A stretch of 64,000 nt of DNA from Steroidobacteraceae bacterium (GTDB taxonomy: Bacteria > Pseudomonadota > Gammaproteobacteria > Steroidobacterales > Steroidobacteraceae). The DNA lies in the NCBI GenBank assembly GCA_035525785.1, contig DATLDQ010000033.1:37484-101483 (forward strand), written 5' to 3'. Positions 40,615-56,505 of the stretch are shown here, one piece after another. The first letter of the stretch is position 1. Every line of letters starts with the position of its first letter. The position numbers and the translations under genes were made by a program. A model generated the notes under the pieces. That model had not been told where the DNA came from. It did not search any database and saw only the letters and a program-made list of their open reading frames with translations.

Positions 40615-40705
40615 TACTGGACGCGCCGGACGTCCGTGCTCACCGCCCCGACCACGAACCCTCAGCCGCCCGAAGCCATGCGCAGCGCGGCGGCGGGCGC
40701 GCGAA

Positions 40706-43815
<3,110 letters not shown>

Positions 43816-43818
<3 letters not shown>

Positions 43819-43863
43819 CGAGGCCTGTCCCCTTTTGCTAGCAAATGAGGAATGTCCCCATTA
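43816..43863 (-). repeat. GGGGAC cassette copy B (fills the whole accA-tilS spacer)
   Basis: The minus strand reads TAATGGGGACATTCCTCATTTGCTAGCAAAAGGGGACAGGCCTCGATG. TAA is the accA stop and ATG is the tilS start. The first 23 nt are identical to copy A. Confidence 0.85.
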
Positions 43864-44826
43864 GTTGGCGACTTCGCTGTAGACGCCGAAGCCGTCGATG
43901 CGCGTGTTGCGCGCCGCGCGCAGTTTATCCGGGGCAAGCTTCTCGAGGTCCGAGAGGTGCTTCACCAGCGCGGCCTTGATGGAGTCGGCGGTGGCTTGCG
44001 GATTGCGATGCGCGCCACCCACGGGCTCGGGCAGCACTTCGTCGACGAGTTTGAGTTTGCTCAGGCGGTCCGCGGTGAGGTTCATGGCGTCGGCCGCCGC
44101 TTCTTTCTTGTCCGCGCTCTTCCACAGGATGGAGGCACAGCCTTCGGGTGAAATCACCGAGTACGTCGAAAACTGCAGCATCAGCAACCGGTCGCAGACA
44201 CCGATGGCGAGCGCACCGCCCGAGCCACCCTCGCCGATCACGCAGCTGATGATGGGGATGCCCATCACGCTCATCTCGAAGAGGTTGCGCGCGATGGCTT
44301 CCGACTGGTTGCGCTCTTCGGAACTCACACCGGGAAATGCGCCCGGTGTGTCGATGAAGGTGATGAGCGGAAGACGGAATCGTTCGGCCAGGCGCATGAG
44401 GCGCAGCGCCTTGCGATAGCCCTCGGGCTTGGGCATGCCGTAGTTGCGGCGCACGCGCTCCTTGGTATCACGGCCTTTCTGGTGGCCGATGAGCATCACC
44501 GGCGTGTCATCGAGCCGCGCCGGACCGCCGACGATGGCGAGATCGTCGCCATACATGCGGTCACCGTGCAGCTCGTGAAAATCCTTGAAGATGAGGCCGG
44601 CGTAGTCGAGCGTGTACGGACGCTGCGGGTGACGCGCGAGCTGCGTGATCTGCCAGGGTGACAGGTTCGCGAAAATGGTCTGGGTCAGCTGCTCGCTCTT
44701 CTGCTGGAGCCGCGTGATCTCTTCCTGGATATTGACCGCGGAGCCCGACGGAACGTGTTTCAGTTCCTCGATCTTGGCTTCCAGTTCGGCGATCGGCTGC
44801 TCGAAATCGAGGAAATTCACTGCCAT
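43861..44826 (-). CDS. accA: acetyl-CoA carboxylase carboxyltransferase alpha subunit
   Basis: [39 protein letters not shown]. Confidence 0.96.
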   Translation of the reverse strand: MAVNFLDFEQPIAELEAKIEELKHVPSGSAVNIQEEITRLQQKSEQLTQTIFANLSPWQITQLARHPQRPYTLDYAGLIFKDFHELHGDRMYGDDLAIVGGPARLDDTPVMLIGHQKGRDTKERVRRNYGMPKPEGYRKALRLMRLAERFRLPLITFIDTPGAFPGVSSEERNQSEAIARNLFEMSVMGIPIISCVIGEGGSGGALAIGVCDRLLMLQFSTYSVISPEGCASILWKSADKKEAAADAMNLTADRLSKLKLVDEVLPEPVGGAHRNPQATADSIKAALVKHLSDLEKLAPDKLRAARNTRIDGFGVYSEVAN

Positions 44827-44840
44827 AGGCAGGGAGGATA

Positions 44841-44918
44841 AAGGGGACTGATCTATTTATCGAGCGGAAACGTCGGAGCGGCGGCCCGCCCATCGGCGAT
44901 AAATAGATCTGTCCCCTT
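44841..44918. repeat. 78-bp palindromic element with GGGGAC termini
   Basis: AAGGGGACTGATCTATTTATCG (44841-44862) versus the reverse complement of 44897-44918, AAGGGGACAGATCTATTTATCG: 21/22 match with a 34-nt loop. Lies between the dnaE stop and the accA start. Confidence 0.85.
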
Positions 44919-44925
44919 AGCCGCC

Positions 44926-48486
<3,561 letters not shown>

Positions 48487-48935
48487 TTTAGCAACGAACG
48501 CGCGGGTTATATTGCTTGCATCCGGCTTGCTTCAGATCAGCGAAGCGCCTGCATGCGGTTGCAAAGAGATTTCAGCGACTTGGGATGCGAGCTTCGAGAA
48601 CACGGGCAGCCAATCCCGGATCGGAAAGACGCTTGCTCGGGAACCTGGGTCCGCCCCGACGATTTCGCACCGCGCCGACCTACAGCATCAACAGGCAAGG
48701 CTTCGCGCAGGCAACGCGCGAAGAGCCCGGTCATGGATGGCAAGACCCGGCGAAATGGGACGCTGGTCACACTCGCGGAGCGCAGCGCCGCAGCGGCTGG
48801 AAAGCACGCACGAATCACTGCCAAAAGCCCCGCGAATTCGGTGAAGTTGTGAGTCGTTTCAACTGCCTCCGGCGGGGGCAAGCCGATAATTTCCGCTTCG
48901 GCGACGCCAGGTTCCGCCAAGTTGGGGAATTGAAC

Positions 48936-49172
48936 ATGTTCATGAGATGCATCGCTCTGGCAGCCGCCGGCGAAGTCCTTAGCAACGCCTCGTTTGCTCA
49001 GTCGCCACCCGTTCCCGCCCAGCGCGCCGAACACCGGTTCGCCAATTCCCGGTTCTTCGCACTCGTGGAAATGCTGCGCGTTCCCCTGCGCAAGCACGAA
49101 GTACCGCTCGCGGCGCGCAACGAACTGCTCGGGATCCTCGCCTCCGTGCAGCGGGGCGTGGTCAAGCTCTGA
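48936..49172 (+). CDS. 78-aa ORF resembling the C-terminal half of a group I truncated hemoglobin
   Basis: ATG preceded by GGGGA. ...EHRFANSRFFALVEMLRVPLRKHEVPLAARNELLGILASVQRGVV. Possibly a gene remnant. See findings. Confidence 0.4.
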   Translation: MFMRCIALAAAGEVLSNASFAQSPPVPAQRAEHRFANSRFFALVEMLRVPLRKHEVPLAARNELLGILASVQRGVVKL

Positions 49173-49208
49173 GCCGATGAATGCACCCGTAAACGTGCCG
49201 GAGCCATC

Positions 49209-51704
49209 GTGATGCGCATTCAGCGTCTGCAGACGCGCATCATCGTCTTCTTCGTGGCGCTGCTCGCGCTGGTACAGCTGGCCGCGTTCGTGTTCGTCAA
49301 CGCGGCGAATTCCAAGAACGCGCGCGCCAAGGTCGAGGAAGAACTCAACGTCGGCCAGCGCGTGTTCGCGCGCCTGCTCGAACAGAATGCGGACAAGCTC
49401 AAGATGTCGGCTCGTGTGCTCGCGGCCGACTTCGCCTTCCGCGAAGCCATCGCGACGCACGACGATGGCACCATCGCTTCGGCGCTGGCCAATCACGGCG
49501 CGCGCATCGGCGCCAACGCGATGCTGTTCGTGGATCTCGATGGCAACGTGGTGACCGATACGCTGCGGCCGCAATCCTCCCGGCGCGCCTTCGAATACCC
49601 GGCACTGCTCAGCGAGGCGCGTCCCGCCGCGAACGCGAACCAGGCCAACGCGAGTATGGCCAACTCGAGTATGGCCAACTCAAGTATGGAGATCCTGGAT
49701 GGCCGCGCATTCCAGCTCGTAGCCACTCCCGTCCTTGCACCTTTGCCCATCGGCTGGGTGGTCATGGGTTTCGCCGTCGACGACGCCGTGGCCAGCGACC
49801 TGCGACAGCTTACCGAGCTCGAAGTCACTTTCGCACTCAACCAACCCGCGACGCCCGGCCAGCCGCAGGGACGCTGGCGCGTACTCGCCTCCACGCTGAG
49901 CCGCGAATCCCAGGGCGAGCTGCTCACGCGCATGCCGGCGCGCTCCGATGCGGTATCGCGGCTGGTCATGAGCATCGCCGACGTCGAACACCAGGCGCTG
50001 GTGATTCCGCTCGACGACAATCAGAACGCCCGCATCGTCGCAGTCCTGCACCGCTCGCTGGGCGACGCGCTCGCGGCGTTCGAGCGGCTGCGTTTCACAC
50101 TGATCATCCTCGCTTTGCTCAGCCTCGCCATGTCCATCATCGGCAGCGTGGCAGTGGCGCGCAACATCACGCGGCCGCTCGAGACGCTGGCGAGCGCCGC
50201 GTCGCGCATCGAGCAGGGCGACTATTCGGCACCCGTGGTCGTGCAGCGCGCCGACGAGATCGGCGTGCTGGCGTCGAGCCTCAACCACATGCGCGGCGGT
50301 ATCGCGGACCGCGAGAAGCACATCCTGAAACTCGCCTACGAGGACCCGCTCACCGACCTCGCCAACCGCTCGCGCTTCGCAGACGAGCTCGAGCACGCGA
50401 TCGCACATGCAGCCCAGGGCGGCGTGGGTCTCGCGATCCTCATGATGGATCTCGACCGGTTCAAGTACGTGAACGACACGCTGGGTCACGGGGTCGGCGA
50501 CCACGTGCTCCGCGAGGTGAGCTCGCGCCTGCAGCGCACGGTGACGCACGCCGAATGCATCGCGCGGCTGGGCGGCGACGAATTCGCCATCCTGGTCAAG
50601 TACCAGCTGCACCCGGGTTCCGGCACGGACTTCTCGGACACCGCGCGTGCCATCATCAACGCGCTCGAAGAGCCCATCCTCTACGAAGGCCAGCCGCTCG
50701 ACGTGGGGACCAGCATCGGCATCGCGCATTTTCCGGAGCACGGCCGCGATGCGCAGACGCTGGTGCGGAACGCGGACATCGCCATGTACGCCGCCAAGCG
50801 CAACAAGACCGGCTTCGCGACCTACGATGCGCACTACGACACCAGTCAGCAGGAGCACCTGTCGCTGCTCGGCGAGTTGCGCCGCGCGGTCGAGCGCAAC
50901 GAGCTTCGACTGTACTACCAGCCCAAGGTCTCGCTGCATACCTCGCACATCGGCGCCGTTGAAGCGCTGATCCGCTGGGAACATCCCACGCGCGGACTGG
51001 TGCCGCCCTGCCACTTCATCCCGTTCGCCGAGCACACCGGTTACATCAAGCTGCTCACGCGCTGGGTATTGCGCGAAGCCGTGCGCCAGTGTGGCGAGTG
51101 GCTGCGCCAGGACCTGCGCCTGCAGGTATCGGTGAATCTTTCGGCGCGCGATCTCATGAACCGCGATCTGCCCGACCAGGTGAGCGCGCTGCTCGTCGAG
51201 CACGCAGTACCGGCGGCGCTGCTGTGCCTGGAAATCACCGAGAGCGGCTTCATGGACGACCCGGCGCACGCGCAGAAAGTGCTCGACCGCCTGTTCGATC
51301 TCGGCGTCAAACTATCCATCGACGACTACGGCACGGGCTACTCGTCGCTGTCGTACATCATGCGTCTGCCGGTGCAGGAGCTGAAGATAGACCGCTCGTT
51401 CATCTCGCGCATGGCAACCGACGAGGAGATCTCGACCATCGTCCGCTCGACCATCGACCTGGGACACAACCTGGGCCTCAAGGTGGTGGCCGAAGGCGTG
51501 GAAGACCAGTCCGCGTGGAACATCCTGCGCTCGCTGGGTTGCGATGATGCCCAGGGCTACTTCATGAGCAAGCCGCTGTCGCCTGATCTGCTGGCGGCCT
51601 GGATCCGCGCGAACGAAGGGAACTTCCAGGGTGTACCCGGCAGCCGGGGCGATGCGCGCGGGTCCGAGACAGCGGCAACCGGCACGTTTCGCCGGCGATC
51701 CTAG
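49209..51704 (+). CDS. membrane sensor diguanylate cyclase/phosphodiesterase (periplasmic domain-HAMP-GGDEF-EAL)
   Basis: Two TM segments flank a roughly 290-aa periplasmic domain. HAMP ([20 protein letters not shown]), GGDEF ([10 protein letters not shown]), EAL ([19 protein letters not shown]). Start is GTG 49209 or ATG 49212. Confidence 0.93.
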   Translation: MMRIQRLQTRIIVFFVALLALVQLAAFVFVNAANSKNARAKVEEELNVGQRVFARLLEQNADKLKMSARVLAADFAFREAIATHDDGTIASALANHGARIGANAMLFVDLDGNVVTDTLRPQSSRRAFEYPALLSEARPAANANQANASMANSSMANSSMEILDGRAFQLVATPVLAPLPIGWVVMGFAVDDAVASDLRQLTELEVTFALNQPATPGQPQGRWRVLASTLSRESQGELLTRMPARSDAVSRLVMSIADVEHQALVIPLDDNQNARIVAVLHRSLGDALAAFERLRFTLIILALLSLAMSIIGSVAVARNITRPLETLASAASRIEQGDYSAPVVVQRADEIGVLASSLNHMRGGIADREKHILKLAYEDPLTDLANRSRFADELEHAIAHAAQGGVGLAILMMDLDRFKYVNDTLGHGVGDHVLREVSSRLQRTVTHAECIARLGGDEFAILVKYQLHPGSGTDFSDTARAIINALEEPILYEGQPLDVGTSIGIAHFPEHGRDAQTLVRNADIAMYAAKRNKTGFATYDAHYDTSQQEHLSLLGELRRAVERNELRLYYQPKVSLHTSHIGAVEALIRWEHPTRGLVPPCHFIPFAEHTGYIKLLTRWVLREAVRQCGEWLRQDLRLQVSVNLSARDLMNRDLPDQVSALLVEHAVPAALLCLEITESGFMDDPAHAQKVLDRLFDLGVKLSIDDYGTGYSSLSYIMRLPVQELKIDRSFISRMATDEEISTIVRSTIDLGHNLGLKVVAEGVEDQSAWNILRSLGCDDAQGYFMSKPLSPDLLAAWIRANEGNFQGVPGSRGDARGSETAATGTFRRRS
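49653..49689 (+). repeat. 15-bp in-frame tandem repeat, about 2.5 copies
   Basis: AGTATGGCCAACTCG / AGTATGGCCAACTCA / AGTATGG, encoding [13 protein letters not shown] inside [21 protein letters not shown]. Confidence 0.9.
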
Positions 51705-52330
51705 AACTCGTACTCGTCGTCGAATACTTCGACGCGCACCGGCGAGAAGCTGCGACGGTGCAGCGGACTCGGCCCCAGCGAGTTCAGTGCCGCGACGTGA
51801 GTGGGCGTGCAATAACCCTTGTGCCCCGACAGCGAGAAGCCGGGATACCGAGCGTCCAGCTCGCACATCAGCGCGTCGCGCGTGGTCTTGGCCAGGATGC
51901 TCGCGGCGCTGATGGACGGCACCTTCGCATCGCCCTTCACCACCGGTTCGTACAGGCAATCGAAGCCGAGACCGTCCGGACAGGGGCAGCGGTTGCCATC
52001 CACGAGAACCTGCTGCGGATGCACGGCCAGGCCTAACAAGGCACGCCGCATGGCGAGCATGGTCGCCTGCAGGATGTTGATGCTGTCGATCTCCTCGGCG
52101 TCCGCCCAGGCCACCGCGTAGCAGAGCGCGCGTTCGCGGATGAGCCGCGCGAGTCGCACGCGCTCTTCGTGTTCCAGCGCCTTGGAATCCGCGAGGCCGC
52201 GGATCGGTCGCGCGGGGTTGAGGATCACCGCAGCCGCGACCACGGGCCCGGCCAGCGGACCGCGCCCGGCCTCGTCCACGCCGGCGACGCGCAGGCGAAC
52301 CCGGATCTTCGGCGGAGCCTTCGCGATCAC
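51701..52330 (-). CDS. rnhB: ribonuclease HII
   Basis: [39 protein letters not shown]. Start inferred as GTG 52330, because the track's longer form overlaps lpxB by 95 nt. Confidence 0.9.
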   Translation of the reverse strand: MIAKAPPKIRVRLRVAGVDEAGRGPLAGPVVAAAVILNPARPIRGLADSKALEHEERVRLARLIRERALCYAVAWADAEEIDSINILQATMLAMRRALLGLAVHPQQVLVDGNRCPCPDGLGFDCLYEPVVKGDAKVPSISAASILAKTTRDALMCELDARYPGFSLSGHKGYCTPTHVAALNSLGPSPLHRRSFSPVRVEVFDDEYEF

Positions 52331-52388
52331 GGCGTCAGGTCCTTCACGGCATTGGCAATGGCGATGGCGATGCTCACGGTGGAGATCA

Positions 52389-53543
52389 TCATGGCGTCGC
52401 CAGCCGCGCGGTGACCAGCTCCGCGATTTCGTTGGCGGCGCGCTCGGCGCCGTCGCAACGCAGCCGCGCGTGCAGCGCGGCAAACTCGCGCGTCACCTCA
52501 GCCACCTCGCCTGGATGTTCCAGCCAGCTCGCGAGCGCCGCGGAGAGATTCTCCGGAGTGACCGCTTCCTGAAAGAATTCCGGCACCAGCTCCTTGCCGG
52601 CGAGCAGGTTGGGTTGGGAGAAGTGCCGGGTCTTCACGAGCTTCAGTGTACGCAACAGGAAGGCCGTGATGGTTGCGACCCGGTATGCCACCACCATCGG
52701 GCGCTTGCTGAGCGCAGTCTCGAGCGTGGCCGTGCCGGACGCCACGAGCACTACGTCCGCTGCCGCCAGCGCGACTCGCGCCTGGCCATCGAGCAGGCGG
52801 ATGGCGGCCGAGGGCGCGAGCCCGGCGCAGGTCGCGGCGAAGGCTTCGCGCAGCCCGGCATTCACCATGGGCGCGACGGTGATGAGCCCCGGAAATCGTT
52901 TCGCGAGCAGTTCTGCCGCGCCCGCGAACGGCGCGGCGAGCTTCTCGACCTCGCCACGACGGCTGCCCGGCAACACGGCGAGCACGCGGGCACTGGCGTC
53001 GATGCCGAGTTGCGCGCGCGCCGCGGCGCGGTCGATCTCCAGGGGAATCTGGTCGGCGAGCGGATGACCGACGAAGGCCGCGCGCACGCCGTGTTCGCGA
53101 TAGAAATCGGGCTCGAATGGAAACAGGCAGAGAATGAGGTCCACCGATTCGCCGATGGTGCGCACGCGCCCCTGTCGCCACGCCCACACCTGCGGGCTCA
53201 CGTACTGAACGGTGGTGAGGCCGGCGCGCTTGAGTTGGCGCGCGAGGCCCAAGTTGAATTCCTTGTAGTCGACGCCGATGAACACGTCGGGCCGCCATGC
53301 GAGGAGCCGGCGGCGCAGCGAGCCGCGCAGCTTGAGGATGCGTGGCAGGTGGGCCAGCACCTCGGTGAGCCCCATGACCGACAGCGACTCGATGTCATGC
53401 CACGCGACGCAGCCGGCCGCGCGCATCTTCGGCCCCGCCACGCCGGCGAACTCGGCGGCCGGGAAGCGCCGCCTGAGGGCGTCGATCAAGGCGGCGCCGA
53501 GCGTGTCTCCTGAGGTTTCGCCAGCCACCAGTGCGATGCGCAC
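52389..53543 (-). CDS. lpxB: lipid-A-disaccharide synthase
   Basis: [16 protein letters not shown]...SGTATLE. Position in the lpx cluster. Confidence 0.94.
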   Translation of the reverse strand: MRIALVAGETSGDTLGAALIDALRRRFPAAEFAGVAGPKMRAAGCVAWHDIESLSVMGLTEVLAHLPRILKLRGSLRRRLLAWRPDVFIGVDYKEFNLGLARQLKRAGLTTVQYVSPQVWAWRQGRVRTIGESVDLILCLFPFEPDFYREHGVRAAFVGHPLADQIPLEIDRAAARAQLGIDASARVLAVLPGSRRGEVEKLAAPFAGAAELLAKRFPGLITVAPMVNAGLREAFAATCAGLAPSAAIRLLDGQARVALAAADVVLVASGTATLETALSKRPMVVAYRVATITAFLLRTLKLVKTRHFSQPNLLAGKELVPEFFQEAVTPENLSAALASWLEHPGEVAEVTREFAALHARLRCDGAERAANEIAELVTARLATP

Positions 53544-53557
53544 CGCACGCCCCGCCG

Positions 53558-54334
53558 TCAGCGCACCAGGCTGCGCGTGGAGGCGGAGATGAAGTCCAGC
53601 ATCGGCTGGATCACGGGCTCGGTCTCCGCCATCTTGCGCAGCTCCGCCACGGCGTCTTCGAGCTTGAGATCCGACCGGTACAGCACGCGGTATGCGTTCT
53701 TGAGACCGCGAATCTGCTCGGGGGTGAAGCCGCGGCGCTTCAGACCCTCTGAATTGATCGAGTGCGGCACCGCGGGCGTGCCCACGGCCATGACGTACGG
53801 CGGCACGTCACGCGTGACCGCGGCGTTGTTGCCGAGGAAGGCATGCGCGCCCACCTTGGTGAACTGGTGAGTGCCCGAGTAGCCGCCCATGATGACCCAG
53901 TCGCCGAGCTCGACGTGCCCGGCGAGCGTGGCGTAATTGGCCATGACGATCTTGTTGCCCACGCGACAGTCGTGCGCCACGTGCGTGTAGGCCATGAACA
54001 GGTTGTCGCTGCCGATGACGGTGAGGCCGCCGCCCTGCGCCGTGCCGCGGTTCATGGTGGTGAACTCGCGGAACACGTTGCGGTCGCCGATCTGCAGGCG
54101 CGTCGGTTCCCCCTTGTACTTGAGGTCCTGCGGCGCATCGCCGATGGATGAGAACTGGAAGATCTTGTTGTCCGCGCCGATGGTGGTCTGGCCCTTGATC
54201 ACGGCGTGCGGACCCACCCAGGTGCCTTTGCCGATGGTCACCCCATCTTCGATGACGGCAAATGGCCCGACTGTCACGCCTTCGGCGAGCTCCGCCTTGG
54301 GCGAGATGATCGCGCGTGAATCGATGGCGCTCAC
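53558..54334 (-). CDS. lpxA: acyl-ACP--UDP-GlcNAc O-acyltransferase
   Basis: Hexapeptide repeats. GTG start overlaps the fabZ stop (GTGA). Confidence 0.95.
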   Translation of the reverse strand: MSAIDSRAIISPKAELAEGVTVGPFAVIEDGVTIGKGTWVGPHAVIKGQTTIGADNKIFQFSSIGDAPQDLKYKGEPTRLQIGDRNVFREFTTMNRGTAQGGGLTVIGSDNLFMAYTHVAHDCRVGNKIVMANYATLAGHVELGDWVIMGGYSGTHQFTKVGAHAFLGNNAAVTRDVPPYVMAVGTPAVPHSINSEGLKRRGFTPEQIRGLKNAYRVLYRSDLKLEDAVAELRKMAETEPVIQPMLDFISASTRSLVR

Positions 54335-54810
54335 GCCGTCTGTACCTTGGGCGGGCTCTTGCTGGTCTCGGGCGCGACCATCATTTCCGCGGACGTGACC
54401 TCGGTGTCGCCCACGTAGGCGGCCGTGCTGAACTTCCAGATGCCCTTGAATGCGCGCTCGAGCGTCGCGGTGAGGATGAGCTGGTCACCCGGCTCCACCG
54501 GCTTGCGGAAGCGGGCCTTGTCGATGCCCACGAAGAAAAACCGGGTGGATTCGTCGGGCACCACGTCGGCGGTGACGAAGGCGAGGATGCCGGCGGCTTG
54601 CGCCAGGGCTTCGATGATGATCACGCCCGGCATCACGGGCCGGTGCGGGAAATGTCCGGAGAAGAATTCCTCGTTGGTCGTGACGTTCTTGATGGCCTTG
54701 ATGCGCTCGCCCTTGACGCATTCCAGCACGCGGTCCACGAGCAGGAACGGGTAGCGATGCGGCAGCAGGCGCCGCACTCCCATGATGTCGAGAGAAATCG
54801 GCTCGGTCAT
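54331..54810 (-). CDS. fabZ: 3-hydroxyacyl-ACP dehydratase
   Basis: LLPHRYPFLLVDRV, FFSGHFPHRPVMPGVIIIEALAQ. Confidence 0.96.
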   Translation of the reverse strand: MTEPISLDIMGVRRLLPHRYPFLLVDRVLECVKGERIKAIKNVTTNEEFFSGHFPHRPVMPGVIIIEALAQAAGILAFVTADVVPDESTRFFFVGIDKARFRKPVEPGDQLILTATLERAFKGIWKFSTAAYVGDTEVTSAEMMVAPETSKSPPKVQTA

Positions 54811-54814
54811 TCAG

Positions 54815-55867
54815 TTAGTCCTCGGAACTGTCCCCGTTGTCTGAGCGAGTCTGGGTGAAGCCCACATGCTTCTCGACGTCGCGCAAGCGCCGCGCCATGG
54901 AGTCCAGCCGCTTGATGCGACCGACGATGCGGCGCCACGTACTGGCCTCCTCGCTCGGCAGGGCCGAAGAATACACGCCCGGCTTGCCGATGGAATGCGA
55001 TATGAACGAGGTGCCGAGCACCACCACGTCATCGCAGAGCGTGATGTGCCCGGTGAGACCCACCCTGCCGCCGAGGATGCAACGCTTGCCAAGCGTGGAG
55101 CTGCCGGCGATTGCGACGCAGGCCGCCAGCGCCGAGTGCGCGCCGATGCGGCAGTTGTGGGCGATCATGATGAGGTTGTCGAGTTTCACGCCCTCTTCGA
55201 TGACGGTGTCTTCGAGGGCGCCGCGATCGACCGTGGTGTTCGCGCCTATCTCCACGTCATCGCCGATGTTCACGCCGCCGAGTTGCGGCACTTTGACCCA
55301 GGTGCCCTTCTCGGGCGCATAGCCGAAGCCATCCCCGCCGACCACGGCGCCCGGCTGCACGATGCAACGGCGCCCTACGACCACGTGATGCCCGACGAAC
55401 ACCCGGGCGATCAGGCGACTGTCATCCCCGATGATCGCGCCACGCTCGACCACGCAGCCCGGGCCGATGAAACAGCGCGCGCCGATGCGCGCCTCATCCC
55501 CGACGACAGCGCCGGCGGCAATCTCGCTGGAAGGATCGACCCTGGCAGTGGGTGCCACGGTGGCCGCCGCATGCGCGCCCGGATTCAGCGGCGGATCGGG
55601 ATGCAACACGCTCGCGATGCGCGCGAAGGTGGCGTGCGGATTGCCCACGACGAGCGCAGGCACGGGCGACGATGCGGCGGAAGCGGCATCGAGGATCACA
55701 GCGCCCGCGCGGGTTTCGGCGAGTTGCGCGACGTACTTGGGATTGGCCAGGAACGAGACGGACCGGGGACCCGCCAGGGAAAGGGCCGCGACGGAATCCA
55801 CCGTCGCGGCCGGATCACCACGGAGCTCGCACCCGAATCGGACCGCCAGTTCGCCCAACGAGACCAT
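54815..55867 (-). CDS. lpxD: UDP-3-O-acylglucosamine N-acyltransferase
   Basis: N-terminal uridine-binding domain plus a long hexapeptide-repeat region. Confidence 0.94.
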   Translation of the reverse strand: MVSLGELAVRFGCELRGDPAATVDSVAALSLAGPRSVSFLANPKYVAQLAETRAGAVILDAASAASSPVPALVVGNPHATFARIASVLHPDPPLNPGAHAAATVAPTARVDPSSEIAAGAVVGDEARIGARCFIGPGCVVERGAIIGDDSRLIARVFVGHHVVVGRRCIVQPGAVVGGDGFGYAPEKGTWVKVPQLGGVNIGDDVEIGANTTVDRGALEDTVIEEGVKLDNLIMIAHNCRIGAHSALAACVAIAGSSTLGKRCILGGRVGLTGHITLCDDVVVLGTSFISHSIGKPGVYSSALPSEEASTWRRIVGRIKRLDSMARRLRDVEKHVGFTQTRSDNGDSSED

Positions 55868-55923
55868 CAGGGCGAGACCGTCATTGAATGACCGTCATGG
55901 CGAGCCGCGCGGGGCGGCGCGGA

Positions 55924-56502
55924 TCAGGGCTTCGCGGGCGGCTTCGCCGGCGCGGGGTTCGCCGCCGGGGCAGCCGCGGGCTTCGGCGCGCGGGAATTCA
56001 GCGCGTTGAGCACCGCCGGCGTGATGTCCACGGTGGCCGTGTGATAGATGACGCCGTCGGCGATGACGATGTCGAAGTTCTGCGCCTTGGCGTACTCGCG
56101 CACTTCGCCGATGAGCGTGCGCTGCAGCTTGTTCATCTCTTCCTGGCGCTTGGCGTTCGAGTCGTCCTGCAGCTCGCCCTTGCGGCGCTCGAGGTCGCGC
56201 AACCCGTCGCGCAGATCTTTTTCCGACTTGGCCTTCTGGTCGGCCGTCATCGTGGCCGAGTCCTTCTGGAACTTGTCGCCGCGTGCCTTGAGCGCCTGCT
56301 CGTCGGCTACCAGCTTCTGCACGCGCGGGCCGAACTCGGCATTCAGCGCCTCCTTGAGGGCCTTGGCCTGCGGCGACTCGTCGAACAGTCGCGCGTAGTC
56401 GACGACGCCGATCTTCACTTCGGCCATGGCGGGCGCGGCGAATGAGGCCGCGATGACGACACCTACGAGAATCTTGCGGAACGAAACCTGCACTGACATC
56501 AC
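55924..56502 (-). CDS. skp: periplasmic chaperone Skp (OmpH)
   Basis: Signal peptide, KIGVVDY, and a long charged coiled coil. Position between bamA and lpxD. Confidence 0.9.
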   Translation of the reverse strand: MMSVQVSFRKILVGVVIAASFAAPAMAEVKIGVVDYARLFDESPQAKALKEALNAEFGPRVQKLVADEQALKARGDKFQKDSATMTADQKAKSEKDLRDGLRDLERRKGELQDDSNAKRQEEMNKLQRTLIGEVREYAKAQNFDIVIADGVIYHTATVDITPAVLNALNSRAPKPAAAPAANPAPAKPPAKP

Positions 56503-56505
56503 CTC

